The translations under genes were made by a program, and so were the position numbers. Positions 24,122 to 37,800 of a stretch of DNA of 64,000 nucleotides are shown piece by piece (position 1 is the first letter of the stretch; every line of letters starts with the position of its first letter). The notes beneath the pieces were generated by a model that saw only the letters and a list, made by a program, of their open reading frames with translations, was not told where the DNA came from and made no database searches. Source of the stretch: Orbicella franksi (lineage: Eukaryota); NCBI GenBank assembly GCA_964199315.1, contig OZ116699.1:1922001-1986000 (forward strand), in the 5' to 3' direction.

Positions 24122-27100
24122 TTGAAATGCCCAGCTCCGGCCGGCCGTGAAACGAGAAATGGGACGAAAAACTTAGCTTGCTATTCAACGGAGAGAATTA
24201 ATTTTTCAGTTACAAAGCCTTGTAATGTTTGTTGACGGATTTAATAGCGATTAAAGTGGCATGGATGTTACAATGACATACGAATATTTGTGTTTGGTTA
24301 GAGATGTGTTTTGCCCTGACCCTTCCCATGTGGGGCCTCCATCGAATTTTCCATGGGGGAGGGGGTGCATCTGAGTTCTCCAAATCAAGACCCTATTTGA
24401 CAAAATACCTCATTACCTGTTTTCAAACCTTCTGATGTATCTGAAGTAATACGTAATTAAGTCGCCCTTTATAAAATCCAATGAAATCTTTTAGTTATCA
24501 GTCTCCCTTTTTCGTTTGCAATCGAAGATCCAGGTGAAAAGATGTGAAATACGGTTAATTTGCTTCGATGGATATTGTTCCCTTAAAACTAAACTACACA
24601 AACTTCAGGGACCAAAATTGCAAAGCATTTGACCTTATTTCTGACCAAACTGCTCATCGGCAAAATAGCTTACATCCGGGATTACACACTCCAGCGCACT
24701 GTCTAAACAGATCGAGGGAAAAAACCTAATTTGTTAACAGACGAAAATAAATATGGTGAGGTGTTTTCGTGTGTTTTCCCGCCCTGGTAACAGGCGGTAC
24801 TTTCTCGTCACGTTTTTCTCAAAAAAGGGCGGTCCTTGTTGGCTGATTAAGTACGCCCTCGTTACGTCATTAGCGATCGTTCAGATTGGCCGAAAATCGG
24901 CGGAGCCAAGTAACAGCTGGAAATACGTTTATTTCGCAGCCTATCCAGGGAGATGAACTTATTTTATCTTGTAGTCTTTGAGCTGGCTTAATAAATTGGT
25001 CACAAACGAGATCGAGTGAAGAGTCGGCAAGCGTTCAACAAACGACCAAGAGTTAACAGCAAAATAAACGGAGAGGAAATGATAAAGCTAGCTTTCTTAC
25101 AAGTCAACATTTACGACCTTTACACGATCGAGTCTAGACCGCCATCATAACGAAACTGACCAATCAGTTTACATCTCCCACAAGAGACTTCGAAAACACC
25201 ATTGACGTACGGACGTCTTTATATTTGACTCTGTAGAGTCCTGAAGACACACCATCTGCTCGGGTTGTCGAAATATTAGCACAAACGTATACTTCGTAGT
25301 TTCGTTTAGCTAAAATATCATCTTTTACCTCTCCAGACGGATCCAAAGAAGAAAAAAAAGAAAGAAAATCAAACTACCATTGATTTTAGTGTTTTGCCTT
25401 TGCTGATATTTATTTAGCAACTCATCATGATTATCTTTATCTTGTTGACAACGCTAATTTTAAGAGTAGATTTATTGTTGGATTATCCCAGGAGTGTTAA
25501 TAAACTTCTCGAAATTCAGGTTACCACCAACACTTTTCCTAAGTGCCTCTTCGAATGCTTGTTCCTTCGATGTGATCAGTACAGGTCGATACAGGTAGGC
25601 TGAACATCAAGCGACTAAGTCAAATGCTAACAATATCGCTTGTGTGAAAGCGTTATTGTTTTTAATTTACGGTAGGTAAGTAGCCGTAAAATTTCCAATT
25701 ACAGGGTTTTAGGGTAGTCTTACCGAAAATTTTGGCGTTTCCCTCAGATAAAAGTGATTTCTCACACAGATTAAAAAAAGATATATACATACTTTTTCAG
25801 TTCAATCTTCCTTTTCGTCTCTGGAATTGCAGTTTTAGTTTTATTTTGCCAGTAACTCAGTCTCGATGTCTGTGATCTGATCTATCTGTTTATTTAACCA
25901 AAGTCTGATCGAAAACATCTCAAACTTAAATGTATACTGTTAGTTTTTTAATTTAGAAGACCTCTTTTCAATTTCGCTCTGAAAATACATTTTATCTTCC
26001 CAAATGTGTCCAAAAACTCGATTTTACCCGATTTATTTTTTATCTTCACTCACTGCTATTCACGTCGAAACTGTATTTTTTATTCACTTGTCAGCTACAT
26101 ATAACTAACAAAAAAATAAATAGATGTAAAATCACCACATATAAACTTAAAATAGATGCGCCGTGGCGTGATCTACATCAGCGTGAAAAATGACCTCTTT
26201 CCCAACTAATTTTCAGCTTACTTCTGACAGCTTATCGTACGAGAGAAACTCGTTCTGTTGTTGCAATGAAACCACTAGATAGCTGTCGCATATAAGAGGC
26301 ATTTGTTTTCCGAAACTAGCACTCCTACAGAGTCCGCCCTCTCTCTTTAGCTTCACGAACATGTTGTATTTTTGTCATATTGTGAGATGTTCAAGCAGGT
26401 GTCTCAAGTCGTTTACAATCGGCATTGTTCGCTGACCAATCGGAAACCGAGCAGCTGCCATTACGGGGAATCGAGTGTGACCAAACAGAGCAAGACCTCG
26501 TCCATTTTGCATCTCCTTCCAATTACAAGTGCGATAAATTTGAGCGGCTCCATGTAATCTACAGTCATTAAGCTTGATTTTGGCATTGTCTGTTGCCTTT
26601 GTTTGGACTTTCTGGAAGTTCCTTTCGCCGTCCAACGTCATGATCGGTTTGCTGGTTTAGACAGCAAATACTTTCTCCGGTCAGTGCATGGCGGATAAAA
26701 GAGAACATCCGTTCACATATGTTGTTCGTTGGAGAAGTTCTGTGTTGCATGGTGATGTTGGTTAATCGACAGGGACAGCCTTGAAAACACTGATTGTCAT
26801 TTAACATGTCGAATCCGTCGTTCGGAGGGCCAAGAGACCGCCCAAGTAAGTAATAACCGAAGTGTAACTTATTTCCAAGTTTACAACACAGCTGACTACG
26901 AATTGTTCATCGATGCGCGCCTTTGAAAAATATATAGCGGACGTTTAGCTCTGCCGCGGCAATTCAAGTTTATAGAGTTTGACGTAGTAATTCTGTATAT
27001 GCTCGATATATTTGCTTTTCATTTCGTCTCGTAATGTGGCGTTGCGTGGTGTACGGCATATTAAGACTTCTATGTGTGGTTGGTTGTTAAGCAAAATGAC

Positions 27101-28837
27101 ATGCGATTTAATGATGCGAAGGAAAAAGGACAATTAATTTTTATCTTGCTCGTAATTCTTCACAGACGTTTAGTTTCGACGTAGATCGATCAGCACTATT
27201 GTAGAAATGATCCTTTTTAAAACTGAGCAAAGAAAAATTGCGGAAAAACGATTCCGAGTTTTGAAATCGCTTCGCGCGCGACCTCGTTATCACCTGGGGG
27301 TCTTTGTTTTGGAAAATTCAATTTTCCCAACCATTCCTCTGAAGATGTGTTTAGGAAGGGCTTACCGAGAGAAGGTTTAATTCACCGCAACCGGAGTTGC
27401 CGTTTTCGCATTCTCTTACAGATTTAATGTTTGTTTGAGATATTGTGATTTTGGAAAGCCAAACCAAATTCGTTTTTCACGGCAAATTTTACGCATATTA
27501 TTTATGGAGGTTGTATTGTATTTACATGCTATGATTTTTAATAGCAAGGTTCATTCTCTTCTCTAGCAATATATTTATTAAATCGACTTTCATTGACGGG
27601 ATTTCGGATTTTGTCGTTTAAGAAGAACACGTTATAAATAATTTTTATTTGAATCTTTCCGAAAATTATATAGAGAAAAATAGAATAAACTCTGGCAACA
27701 GTTTCCATCACTTTCCAGCATTATTTTGATGGATCAATACTTCAACTCTTTATGAAATGATATTACAATATCACACAAATGCCCAATAATTGGTAAATGA
27801 GTTATGGTAATGTTCATGGCATAATAAGTTACCATAGTAATGATACAAACCAGTGTTAAAAACACCCTTAACTTTAGCTTCAAGTGCTCGATGGATTGGT
27901 GAAACTCATGTATCTTTGGCAACTTCAAATTAATTTTACCAAAATTCTGTAGGGTAGTTGAGAGCCATTTTGAATTTTTGAAAATTTAAGGTGGCTCTGA
28001 ACTCCCCAGTATGTTGTAAACTTACATCTATCACGACGGACCTTACTGATGTCACGCAATGTCAACAATTTTACATACTTTTTAAGTAAACGAAAAACCA
28101 CCTCCATAGTTCAATTTATCATGCAGAATTGATGAAATCTATGAGGTTTCATAAGAATTGGTTGCAAACTAGTAATTAAAAACATGGGAGCCCAAACTTG
28201 CAAAGAAATGTATGCCAGGGGGCAAGCACCCTGGCATACATTTCTTTGTAAAAACTGGCAAGTTAGGGCTCCCATATTTTTTATAAGTTTGCAACGGTTT
28301 CTAATGAAGCTTTGCATATTTTCTAATATTCAGCAAGAGAAATCAAGCAGTGAGGTTTTTTTTGTTTGAGCCATGAGCAAAAGTGCAACATCGGTAAGAA
28401 GGTCCATTCGATACATTACACACAGGAATGATTGAGCACTGACCAGTGTTTTAGTAGTGATGCATTCTCTTGAGCATTCACTGTGTTTATAGTGTATGTC
28501 TCCACTGAAGAATACAAGTGTGCGCTAGAAACTGTTGTACATTAGGGTTAAACATGTGAAAATGATGGTGGGAGGTGTACCTGCAAATTGGGCTAACATT
28601 CTGTCCAGCAGGAGCAATAATTGAAAAAAACTCAAAGCCACATTGTATTACTGTAACAGAAACTTGGATAAAACTTGATTTCAAGAACTACTGGCATGGT
28701 GAACTATTCATTCTGTCAGTCTCAAAGTTCATGTACTTGTACATGTACTGTTCAAACACTGCTGTGCACTAGCTAGGACAGTTGATGATTTGTTTTTTGA
28801 TTTGATTTGACTAGGAGGCTCCATCTGTGAGCCATTA

Positions 28838-31800
28838 ATGCAGACAACAACAGCAGGAAGAGTAATGTTAATCCATCAGCTTGTGTTGAAGGGCGATTTG
28901 AAAGAATTAAAGAAGGAGATTGCAAGGGATATAGGTCAGTTCATGATAAACATGATTGTACAATTTACAAACTGCACATTAATTATTTACATGAAGTGAT
29001 TTATCCTGTGGATAGCATTATCCAGCCTTTGAAAAACTGGGTGCAAGATTACAATGTATATACATGTATGTATTTACAGAGACATTATATCAGAGACAAA
29101 TTTATGCATATTTTAAACTGTCTTGCATCATCACTACAGAACGGGTTACTCTAACTAATGTCCCTCTTATGGGAGATGGAAATAGTGCAATAATCATGTG
29201 ATGATATGTTTATTTGAAATCTCAGGTTTGTATGACACTTGCATGCCAGGTGATGTTTCCCTAATATATTGTCTCAGTGTTATAATTATACCTGTGCTGG
29301 GCATTAATGTGTTGAAATTAAGATGTATTTCTCTTGAAGATCTTTTAGAAGGCAAGAATAGCCAGGGCATGACGCCATTGTTCCAAGCTGTCAGTTGTAA
29401 CAACTTAGAGTGTGTTCAGTATCTTGTTACATCCGGTTCAAATATTGATACACGTGATAATGTCGGAAGAACTCCAGTTGCACTGGCTGCTTATCAGGTA
29501 CATTTAATGTTAGTGACTATAACTAATCATTACCATTACAAAATATACATGAACAGTATGTCATAGCTCAGCTTTGCTTTGTTTTGTTTTGTTTTTTTCC
29601 TTTGCTGACTTGCCATGGCAAGTTCACCTCGTAAATTGAAGATCATACAATGTACATGTAGTCATCAAAGGTTCTTTTAATTTAAGTTGTTAAAATTCAT
29701 CTTGCTCGTGGACTGACTTTTTTTAATTTGCTGTGATGTTATAATTTTGGTACAGGCTGTATTAACTTGTAAGAAAATTATCATTTTCAAATTCATAATG
29801 AACTATATAATTATGTAATGTTTCATTTTTTAGGGCTGGCATGATGGATTGTATTATCTACTTGCAAAAGGTGCCAATTGTTTGATTGCCGATAATTGTG
29901 GAAGGCTTCCTCTTCATGCAGCAACATACTTCAGCAATGAAAAGTAATTTTACTGCTTATTTTTAAATGCGCTGTCTATTTCTAGTGACACATTTGGCTG
30001 CTTGAAGCCTGATTGAGTAAATAGGAAACTCTCAATGTACAAATTTTAATCCCAGCCTCAAGTAGGGGGAGTTTCTTAATACTGACAATGTAACAGTAGG
30101 TGATGTACAAATAACCTAGTGACACTTACATGAAGTTGAATGTACACTGTAAGTGTGTGTCAAGTCTTCTGAGCTGCAGGTGGCTGTTACCATAAATTTC
30201 CTGTGAAGATTTAAAATTGGACAACAATCAAACCAAAATGTTTGCCACACTGATACACATGGATCTCACAGGGCTTTGTACATTAATTATTTTTATGGTC
30301 AATTCTCAGCTGTTTCAGTCAGGAGTAGAGATGTCAGTTTTATTGAGCTAGTTGCCCAGGGCTAATTAAGCCTATTTGAGTTGCCTAACACTTGCACTCA
30401 CAACACTGTGAGGTTCACCTTCAGTTGTGAAGTCAACGTACAAATTCTCAATATTGCTTTACACAATCATGATTGGTTTTGTGTATTGGACATCAGATGA
30501 TGGAACTTACCAATGCAATACATGGCATTACACATACAATCAGTAATTTTTTGTCTATTGTTCATTTTTGCTCATTCTGTGTGGTGCATTTAAACAGAAT
30601 TTGCATGTTCTTTTCTCTGATAGTTCCCTTGAAGTTCTGTTGCAGCATCTTTCACTTCAAGATGTAGACGCTCGAGATAATGAGGTATAATAATGTAACC
30701 CTTACGTTTGTGTAGATGTAAGTGTCCCTTGGTCCCAGCTATGTATAGTCTCTACATTGTTAACTGCAGTGCCCATATGCATCACCTCCCTTAATTACAA
30801 GGACACTTTTTCTGGTCCCAGGGTTGTCTGCATCTGAGAGGCAGACTACATGTACACAGTACATGAAAGTGCTGCATATTATGTGAAATTATCAGTACAT
30901 ACATTGCATTAAATGTAATTGATGTGCATTTTATTTTCTCCAGGGAATGACTGCTCTTCATTGGGCTGCTTTCCATGGCCGAACAGGTCACGTCAGGTTA
31001 TTAGTGGAAAAGAAAGCTGATCTATTGTCAAGAGACACTGATGGAAAACTGCCACTACATTGGGCAGCTCAGGTCTTTAAAATTTTCTACTGTTCTGCAT
31101 GAATATAATTATATGGTTTATTTATCAAGTGTGAGGTCAAGATGGCTGGATATTGGGCAAGTTCTTTTTTTGCGTGTTTTATATGGACCAAGGCCTAGTT
31201 GAGGTCTGTAAACATGCAAAAAAGAGGCCAATATCCAGCCATCTTGACTGAACAAGCTTGGTTAATAAGAATATGTTATATGGAAAAAGAACACTATTTC
31301 TTGTGGGACACAACAGGTAATCCGGAGCAGGCAAGATAGCATTATCTTGCCTCCTTGGGTGGTCAGTCACAGCACAGGATTTGTTTCATCTTGCCCGCTC
31401 ACGGGGCTTAAGCTATATAATATATAATAAGTAGTTATAATAATTATTATATACAGTCTTTTCACTCAGATACATGTAGTGTAGTACTTACAATGTAGGA
31501 CAGTACAATGTAATTTATTTTGTATATATATGATTGTATAATACATGTACATGTAGGTATAATGTTTCACTTTAATAGTCATACACCAAACCTTTTAACC
31601 ATAGATACTAGTTACCTAGAATTGTACTTCCCTACTGTTACCTGTAGCAGGACTATTTCTGGGTTAACAGGGAAGTGCTGTGAAAAAGTCACCCAAAGAT
31701 GGATTGTGTGATTAAGTGAATGAACAGAAACCAAATTTTATTTTGAAAGCCTGCTTTTTTTAAGTCATTTTTTTTTTTCTGTTTAATAGAATGGCTACCT

Positions 31801-34800
31801 ACAAACATGTCAAGTAATGCTAGAGGTAAGTGACAGCCACAACCTGGTCAATGGAAAGGACTTCTCTGGACGGACACCCATTCACCTAGCAGCTGCCGCT
31901 GGACAATGCTCTGTCCTGGTTGAGTTGACTTCAGTAGCATTTGTAAATATTGAAGCCTTGGATAATAATGGCAGGTACATGTATGTCGTAGAATGATGTT
32001 ATGGTTCAATTTTTACCTCAGTCTCAGGGCTTGAAAAAAGTGCCATCCAGTCATCTGCAACAAGTAAATACTCCTTCTGGGCAAGTAACTTTTCGCTCTC
32101 ACTTTCCCAATGGGCAAGGGATCAGGCAAGTCGTCTGCCAACTAAATCATTAAAAGAGCAAACTAAGAGTTGCCCGGGGCAAGCAAAATTGTAGAGCTAC
32201 CGGTCCCAAGGGTAAGCTAGAATTCAATTTTAAATTTGTTCAAACCAGTTTATTTTGTTCTACCAGACTGTTTTTTTTTTCCCTGAATGGCTGTATACAA
32301 GTCTGTAGTAATATAACATACTTAGACGTAATGTAACATCAAATCATCATCATCATCATCGTCGTCGTCATTTGGTTTAGTCGGCAGATGACTTGCCTGG
32401 GCCCTTGCCCAGCAGGAAAATCTACTTGCCCTGGATGACCAGACAGCACTTTTTTCGAGCCCTGACAGTTTGTGACAGTGTCTGTGGTACATACATGTAT
32501 GTCCCTATTGCGTGGTCCTTAGTGTGGCTCACATACCTTACAGTTGTAATTGCAGCCTCATATGTGTCAAGTGTTATATTCACTGTGTTGATTGTAGGAC
32601 CCCACTTCACTGGGCGGCAGCAACTGGACATGCCCCTTGTGTTGCTCATTTGCTGAGGCTTGAAAGCCACAAGGATGCTGAAGACAAACATGGTGGAACA
32701 CCATTTCAATATGCTCAACAGGGACACCACTCTGCATGCTGTCAGCTGTTAATAGATCATGATCCAAACAATCCTCTTGCCACAGAAATACCAGTGAGAA
32801 GAGGTAATACTTGTTTTGTTAACAATTAGTTTGTTCCTCTGACAATTTTTAGAGCCTTGCCTGGTACTCACAGACTAATAATAGTGACTCTGTAATTACT
32901 TGTACATGTACTATACTAGGGTGGCAGTAACGGTAAAAAGAATAGTGAGATGGGATGGGACTGTACAGTACATGTCATTCAAATGGGCAGAATTGAGATA
33001 CTGTACAATATACTGTTATATGTTTTAAAATAACTGACAGATACTCTGGGCTCTCATTGAATTGGTCAGTAGGTGTGTTCTGATGAGAGCAGGCAAACAC
33101 AGTTGTGATGTTTTGGATTTGTGCATATTTTTGAGAAATAGTTTATAAAAGCAATAGAGATTTTACCTTGTTTACATGGCCTCATGAATCTAAACACTTG
33201 GCGGGGGTGGGGTGGGGGGGGGGTGGAGAATAATTGTTCTCAAAAGTTATGCAAATCCTTGACTGCATCTTGGGCTTGCACAACTGTCTCAAATTTTCTG
33301 AACCCTCCTCGTGTGTAGATGAGGTGGCTATGTAAACATGGAAAAAGTACTTTATTGCTTAAATCTTGCTCATTTCGTATACAATGTACATGTTATTTTG
33401 TTAAATGGCTTACTGTTTGTTTTTGCACTGTTTTTTCCTTAAATTATTTGCACTTGTACTGTCTTGTACTTAAGTTTGGCTTATTGGTAGCTGCCAGATG
33501 AGTGGGAGGTGAATTATTAGCTCTACATGTACATTGATAGAGAAGCCACTTAATACTGTACCTACATGTACAGTACATGTATCTGAGGGTTGTGAGTTAC
33601 ATGATTTACAAAACTTGTGTTCCAAGAAATGTAACAACTTCTGGTTTCATTAAATTAATGACTGTACATTTACATATATTTGACCTTGTATACAAAAATA
33701 CAGAACTGTAGTTCTAAGCTAATTTGCACCACACACATCAGGTGAACAGTTTTCCATTTAGCCTTTGTAACTTGAGAGGAATTTCAAATCTTTTGGTCCG
33801 CTAGTTATTCAGCTTGTACTTATAATTCAAAACAATTATTCACCTCAGTGTCAGTGAAAGTGGTGGATATGTACCTAACCACTTTATTTTTGGCTCAGTA
33901 AATATCCACCACTATTCACCTCCACTTCAGTAAATAATTGCTTTTAAAAATTATTCACAAAATCAATTTATGCCAGATCATGTGCTAAATAAACACTAAT
34001 TTTAGATGTCTGAGGGACTGCTCTTCCTCGCCATAGAAACTGCAAAGTAGTGAGTTACTCTTTGTACAATAGTCATGTAAATATACATTTACATGTATAT
34101 CTTCAGTTAGAAAAAGTTAAAGTGGCTAAGTACTGCATTGCTCAGAGATCTTAGTGGATTACAAGAAATACATTTCAAAGGTTCGACACTGGCCCAAACA
34201 GCTGAGTCAAAGTTTCCTGTACCCGTTTAATCACTTAGTTATTAGTGATAGGCATTTGAGAATATACTTTGAATTTCTGTCAGGTGAACAATAATATTTG
34301 AAGTATTGCTCTGTTCCTTGGTCTGGCATCAAACACAGTGGTTTATTTCAAACACAATAATACTAGTACGTACTGTGCTTGTTCATTTTAGGTTCATGTG
34401 TTTTTAAAATAATGTAAATACATGTAGTGGTGGTGAATTTTCCTTCAGAAACCATGGATCTGGCAGAATTATCGTAGAATTTCATGGGTCTTGCAGTCTC
34501 ATTTTTAGTGGTTTTGTGCTTCTTATGCTTTGCTATTTTCACTAGGCTGTCTCGGAGTCTCAAATTTTTTGCAAGGCCAAGAAAGTCCCGAGGTCTTTAT
34601 TTTTTTGTTTTTCTTTTACATGATGTCTAAATGTTTTTGAGTCTGAATGTCTTGTAGTCAGATTTTAATGCTTTGAAATCTCAGTCACATAACTGAAGAA
34701 GTCAAAATGTCTGGGCTGGTAAAGAAAAACACTATTAGTCTTACCTCCTTGCAAAGTCTTGCACTTACCATTTACCATCCTTCTAAATGTGAGGACACAT

Positions 34801-37800
34801 TCAGGTCTATTATTAAAAAGAAATAATAATTAAAGATACCCGTAATGTATATGTGGTTGTGACAATCGTCTTTGCACTCAATCATCAAAGGAAATTTAAC
34901 ACTTTCAAATTGCCAGATTCTAATTTGTAAGACATGAAAATTGAATATTAGCAGCATGCATGAACATGTTATTTTTTATTTCAATGGTCTAGCATGTATG
35001 GTGCATTTTAACATCCGCAGGATTCCATGTTAGAACCAATGTACGTGTACATGTACAACTATAATATTATTATTTAATAGTTAAATTATTAATGCAATAA
35101 AACATGTCCATGGCTTTTATTTTCTTTGTCCTACACTAGCTTTAAAGAGCATTTTATTTTTTATAGGCGATAAAATTAGAACCACATTTGGTGAGTTGAG
35201 GAAATTGACTGTAAAAGTGAAATGGTTAACAGATAACAAATTATAATTGCTAACAACACTTGCTACGTTTACATACATGTGCAATAGATTTCAGTAAAGA
35301 ATTGAACTCTCGATCAATGCAGGTTTTGGATGAATTTTAGTTACTTGACCTGAAGAGGTACATGTATACGTTGAGTGACTGAATAACTAAAATGTTTCGT
35401 TTCTTCTCGCCTTTTTTTGGCCTATTTTTTTCCAGTTTCTCTGTTTGATTTAAAATATGCAAATGAACACCTGCCCAACAACAAATTACTGTCAGTTTAA
35501 TACCCCAAAAGAATTGTTAATATTGTGTCACTGAATTTATGGCTTAAACATTCGGTGTACATTGGTTTGGAGAATAATATCACAGATTGTCTCTACTGCT
35601 TCAAAAATATTACTGACAATGGGTAAGACCTTTCAGATTTTAGCGGATTTTGTTTTGTTGTTATCTTTTATTTCTTTTTAAAAACACTGAACATGCATAT
35701 GGCTGTTATCAATTTAGCTGTGTTGTTTGAGTTTTGTCTACTGAAATTCAATATGGTATGAAATTTGCATTTTATTTTTCAAGAGTAGACACATTATTAA
35801 TTACACTCAGCTTGTGTCAAATTAAAAAAAGGCCTTGTTGTTTTGGTGGTCAGTTTGTCTTTCAAGATGATTGAGTGAACAAGCACATCTACTCTTGTGT
35901 TCTTTGTACGTGTGCATGTGAAACTGGAAACGTTATCCATTCTGTTAATTTTTTATTGGGTCTGTGTCTTAAGAGCTTGATCAGTAGGCACATATCATCT
36001 TCAGCGGATTCATTTTCTTATGTCAGATTGTAAGTATTGCAAGTGATTGCTTTTCGTGATCTCGTGTCAACTAGCAGGTAGACATATTTGGAATCACTTG
36101 TCATTAAAGACCCGCGATGTCTGTGCCAGCCACAAATAAGCTCTTACTGCAGATGATCATGTACAGTGTACGTACATCTATGTTAGAGCTTTTCTAACAC
36201 AGGTTCACAGAACAAGGCTTGTTCTGGTTTTATGTTTACATTTTCTCCTACACCTTCATGCCGATGGCTCCTAGCTAAATCAATTTTTTTTTTTTGGAAG
36301 AAAAAAAATAGCAAACTGTTGCGGTAAATTTTTGTTTTAATGAGTTTAGTAGGGGGCATGATTTGTGTTTCACTGCACTGGGAAGCTACAGTATTTTCAT
36401 AATTAGTTTTGTGTGTGCTTAATCTCTTTTCGATTCCTATGACTTGTTTTTGCCAAAATAGTCTTCTATTTCTTTCAATTTCAAGCCCACACGATGTTTA
36501 AATTATAATGTTTACAGAAAATTTTGGTATGAGCTTAGTTTTTGGAAAATACCACGGGTTTCTGTAAGTTTTACACAACTGTATCAATTATATAATTTCA
36601 CATACGTGTATACATTGTATAAAATATTAATTTTTTTTGTGCTGTTAAATAAAGCCTGAGGCAGTTTTGTCTGTAACAAGAAGTATACCATGTTCCAAAT
36701 TTTGATTTGGTGGCAGATGTGATCTAAAATATATACCTGTATACATGTCAAGGTTAAAGTAATTTCAAGTAGAGATTTGAATGGCTGTTATTATGATAGC
36801 ATTATAAGGCTTTGTAAAATGTCAAAAAAATCGATTTTTTTCTGTGTGGATGCAGATCAGAGAATCTTTTTGTTAAAATCTAAGGTGATGGATAGAAAAC
36901 ACTCAATTGTTCCCACACACATGATATAAATATAACCTCATACATGTAACTACATGTGTGCAGTACATTGCAAATGTGTAGAACCTCCTGAGTGTTGCAG
37001 GATTACATTCTTTGCAGGGAAGGTACTTTCACGTGTATGTATGTGTGTTGTATTGTTTGGTCAGCTGTGTGATGTCAGGCCACTAAAAATACACTTTTTG
37101 CAAGCAGATACAATAATGTAGTAGTGTTAACATTTGCCTGTAAGCTAGATTTCCAAGTAAAACCATGTAGTATGTTCCTTGCTCTTTTATGGCTTTATTG
37201 TGTGTAAAAAATGTCTCTTTTGTGTGTATTGATTTTGCAGAATCTCCCGTAGAGAATCTTGCTGTTCCCGACAATAGTCAGCATGGCTCTGATGGTGTGC
37301 AATTGTTTGATCGTGTCCGTGGCACTAGAATAACAAATGGTTACCACCCACAGCTTGCAGCAGATCTTGGTGATTCAGAGGTGCAGGAGATACTTGGTAA
37401 CGACACTGCGACTGTGCAGGTTCTTGTTGAGATGAACGGTCAGGATGATGGGTCAACTGAAGCAGGTTGGACACCTTGTTTTCCTTGACGTTCTTTGAAT
37501 CCTTGGTCACAAAATTTAACCTAAAATCCTTTCAATAGCAAGATCAAAATATAGATTCTCCTTGTAAACATGGATTTCTCTTTGTGGAAGTTCTAAGTGT
37601 TCAATTAAGACCTTTTGTATCATTTTTTTCAGTTGATCCTCTACAGGTACTGTATTTTCATCAACATGTTTGCATCTATTTCTGTGTCTTGACATTGCTT
37701 TCATTTCATGATATTGTTACCTCATTTGCCAAAAAAATATATGTAAATATTATTTTGAAGGATAGAAATAATGCATCAATTGTTGCATGTCAACTCTGCA

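Noticed and set aside
26372-26807. Overlapping ORFs including TNNICERMFS (hAT dimerisation-like)
   Set aside because: One short motif only, frames broken, no TIR or TSD found.
34772-34957. Possible nested minus-strand gene in the large ANKRD55 intron
   Set aside because: The implied intron would be only 33 nt and no further compatible exons were found.
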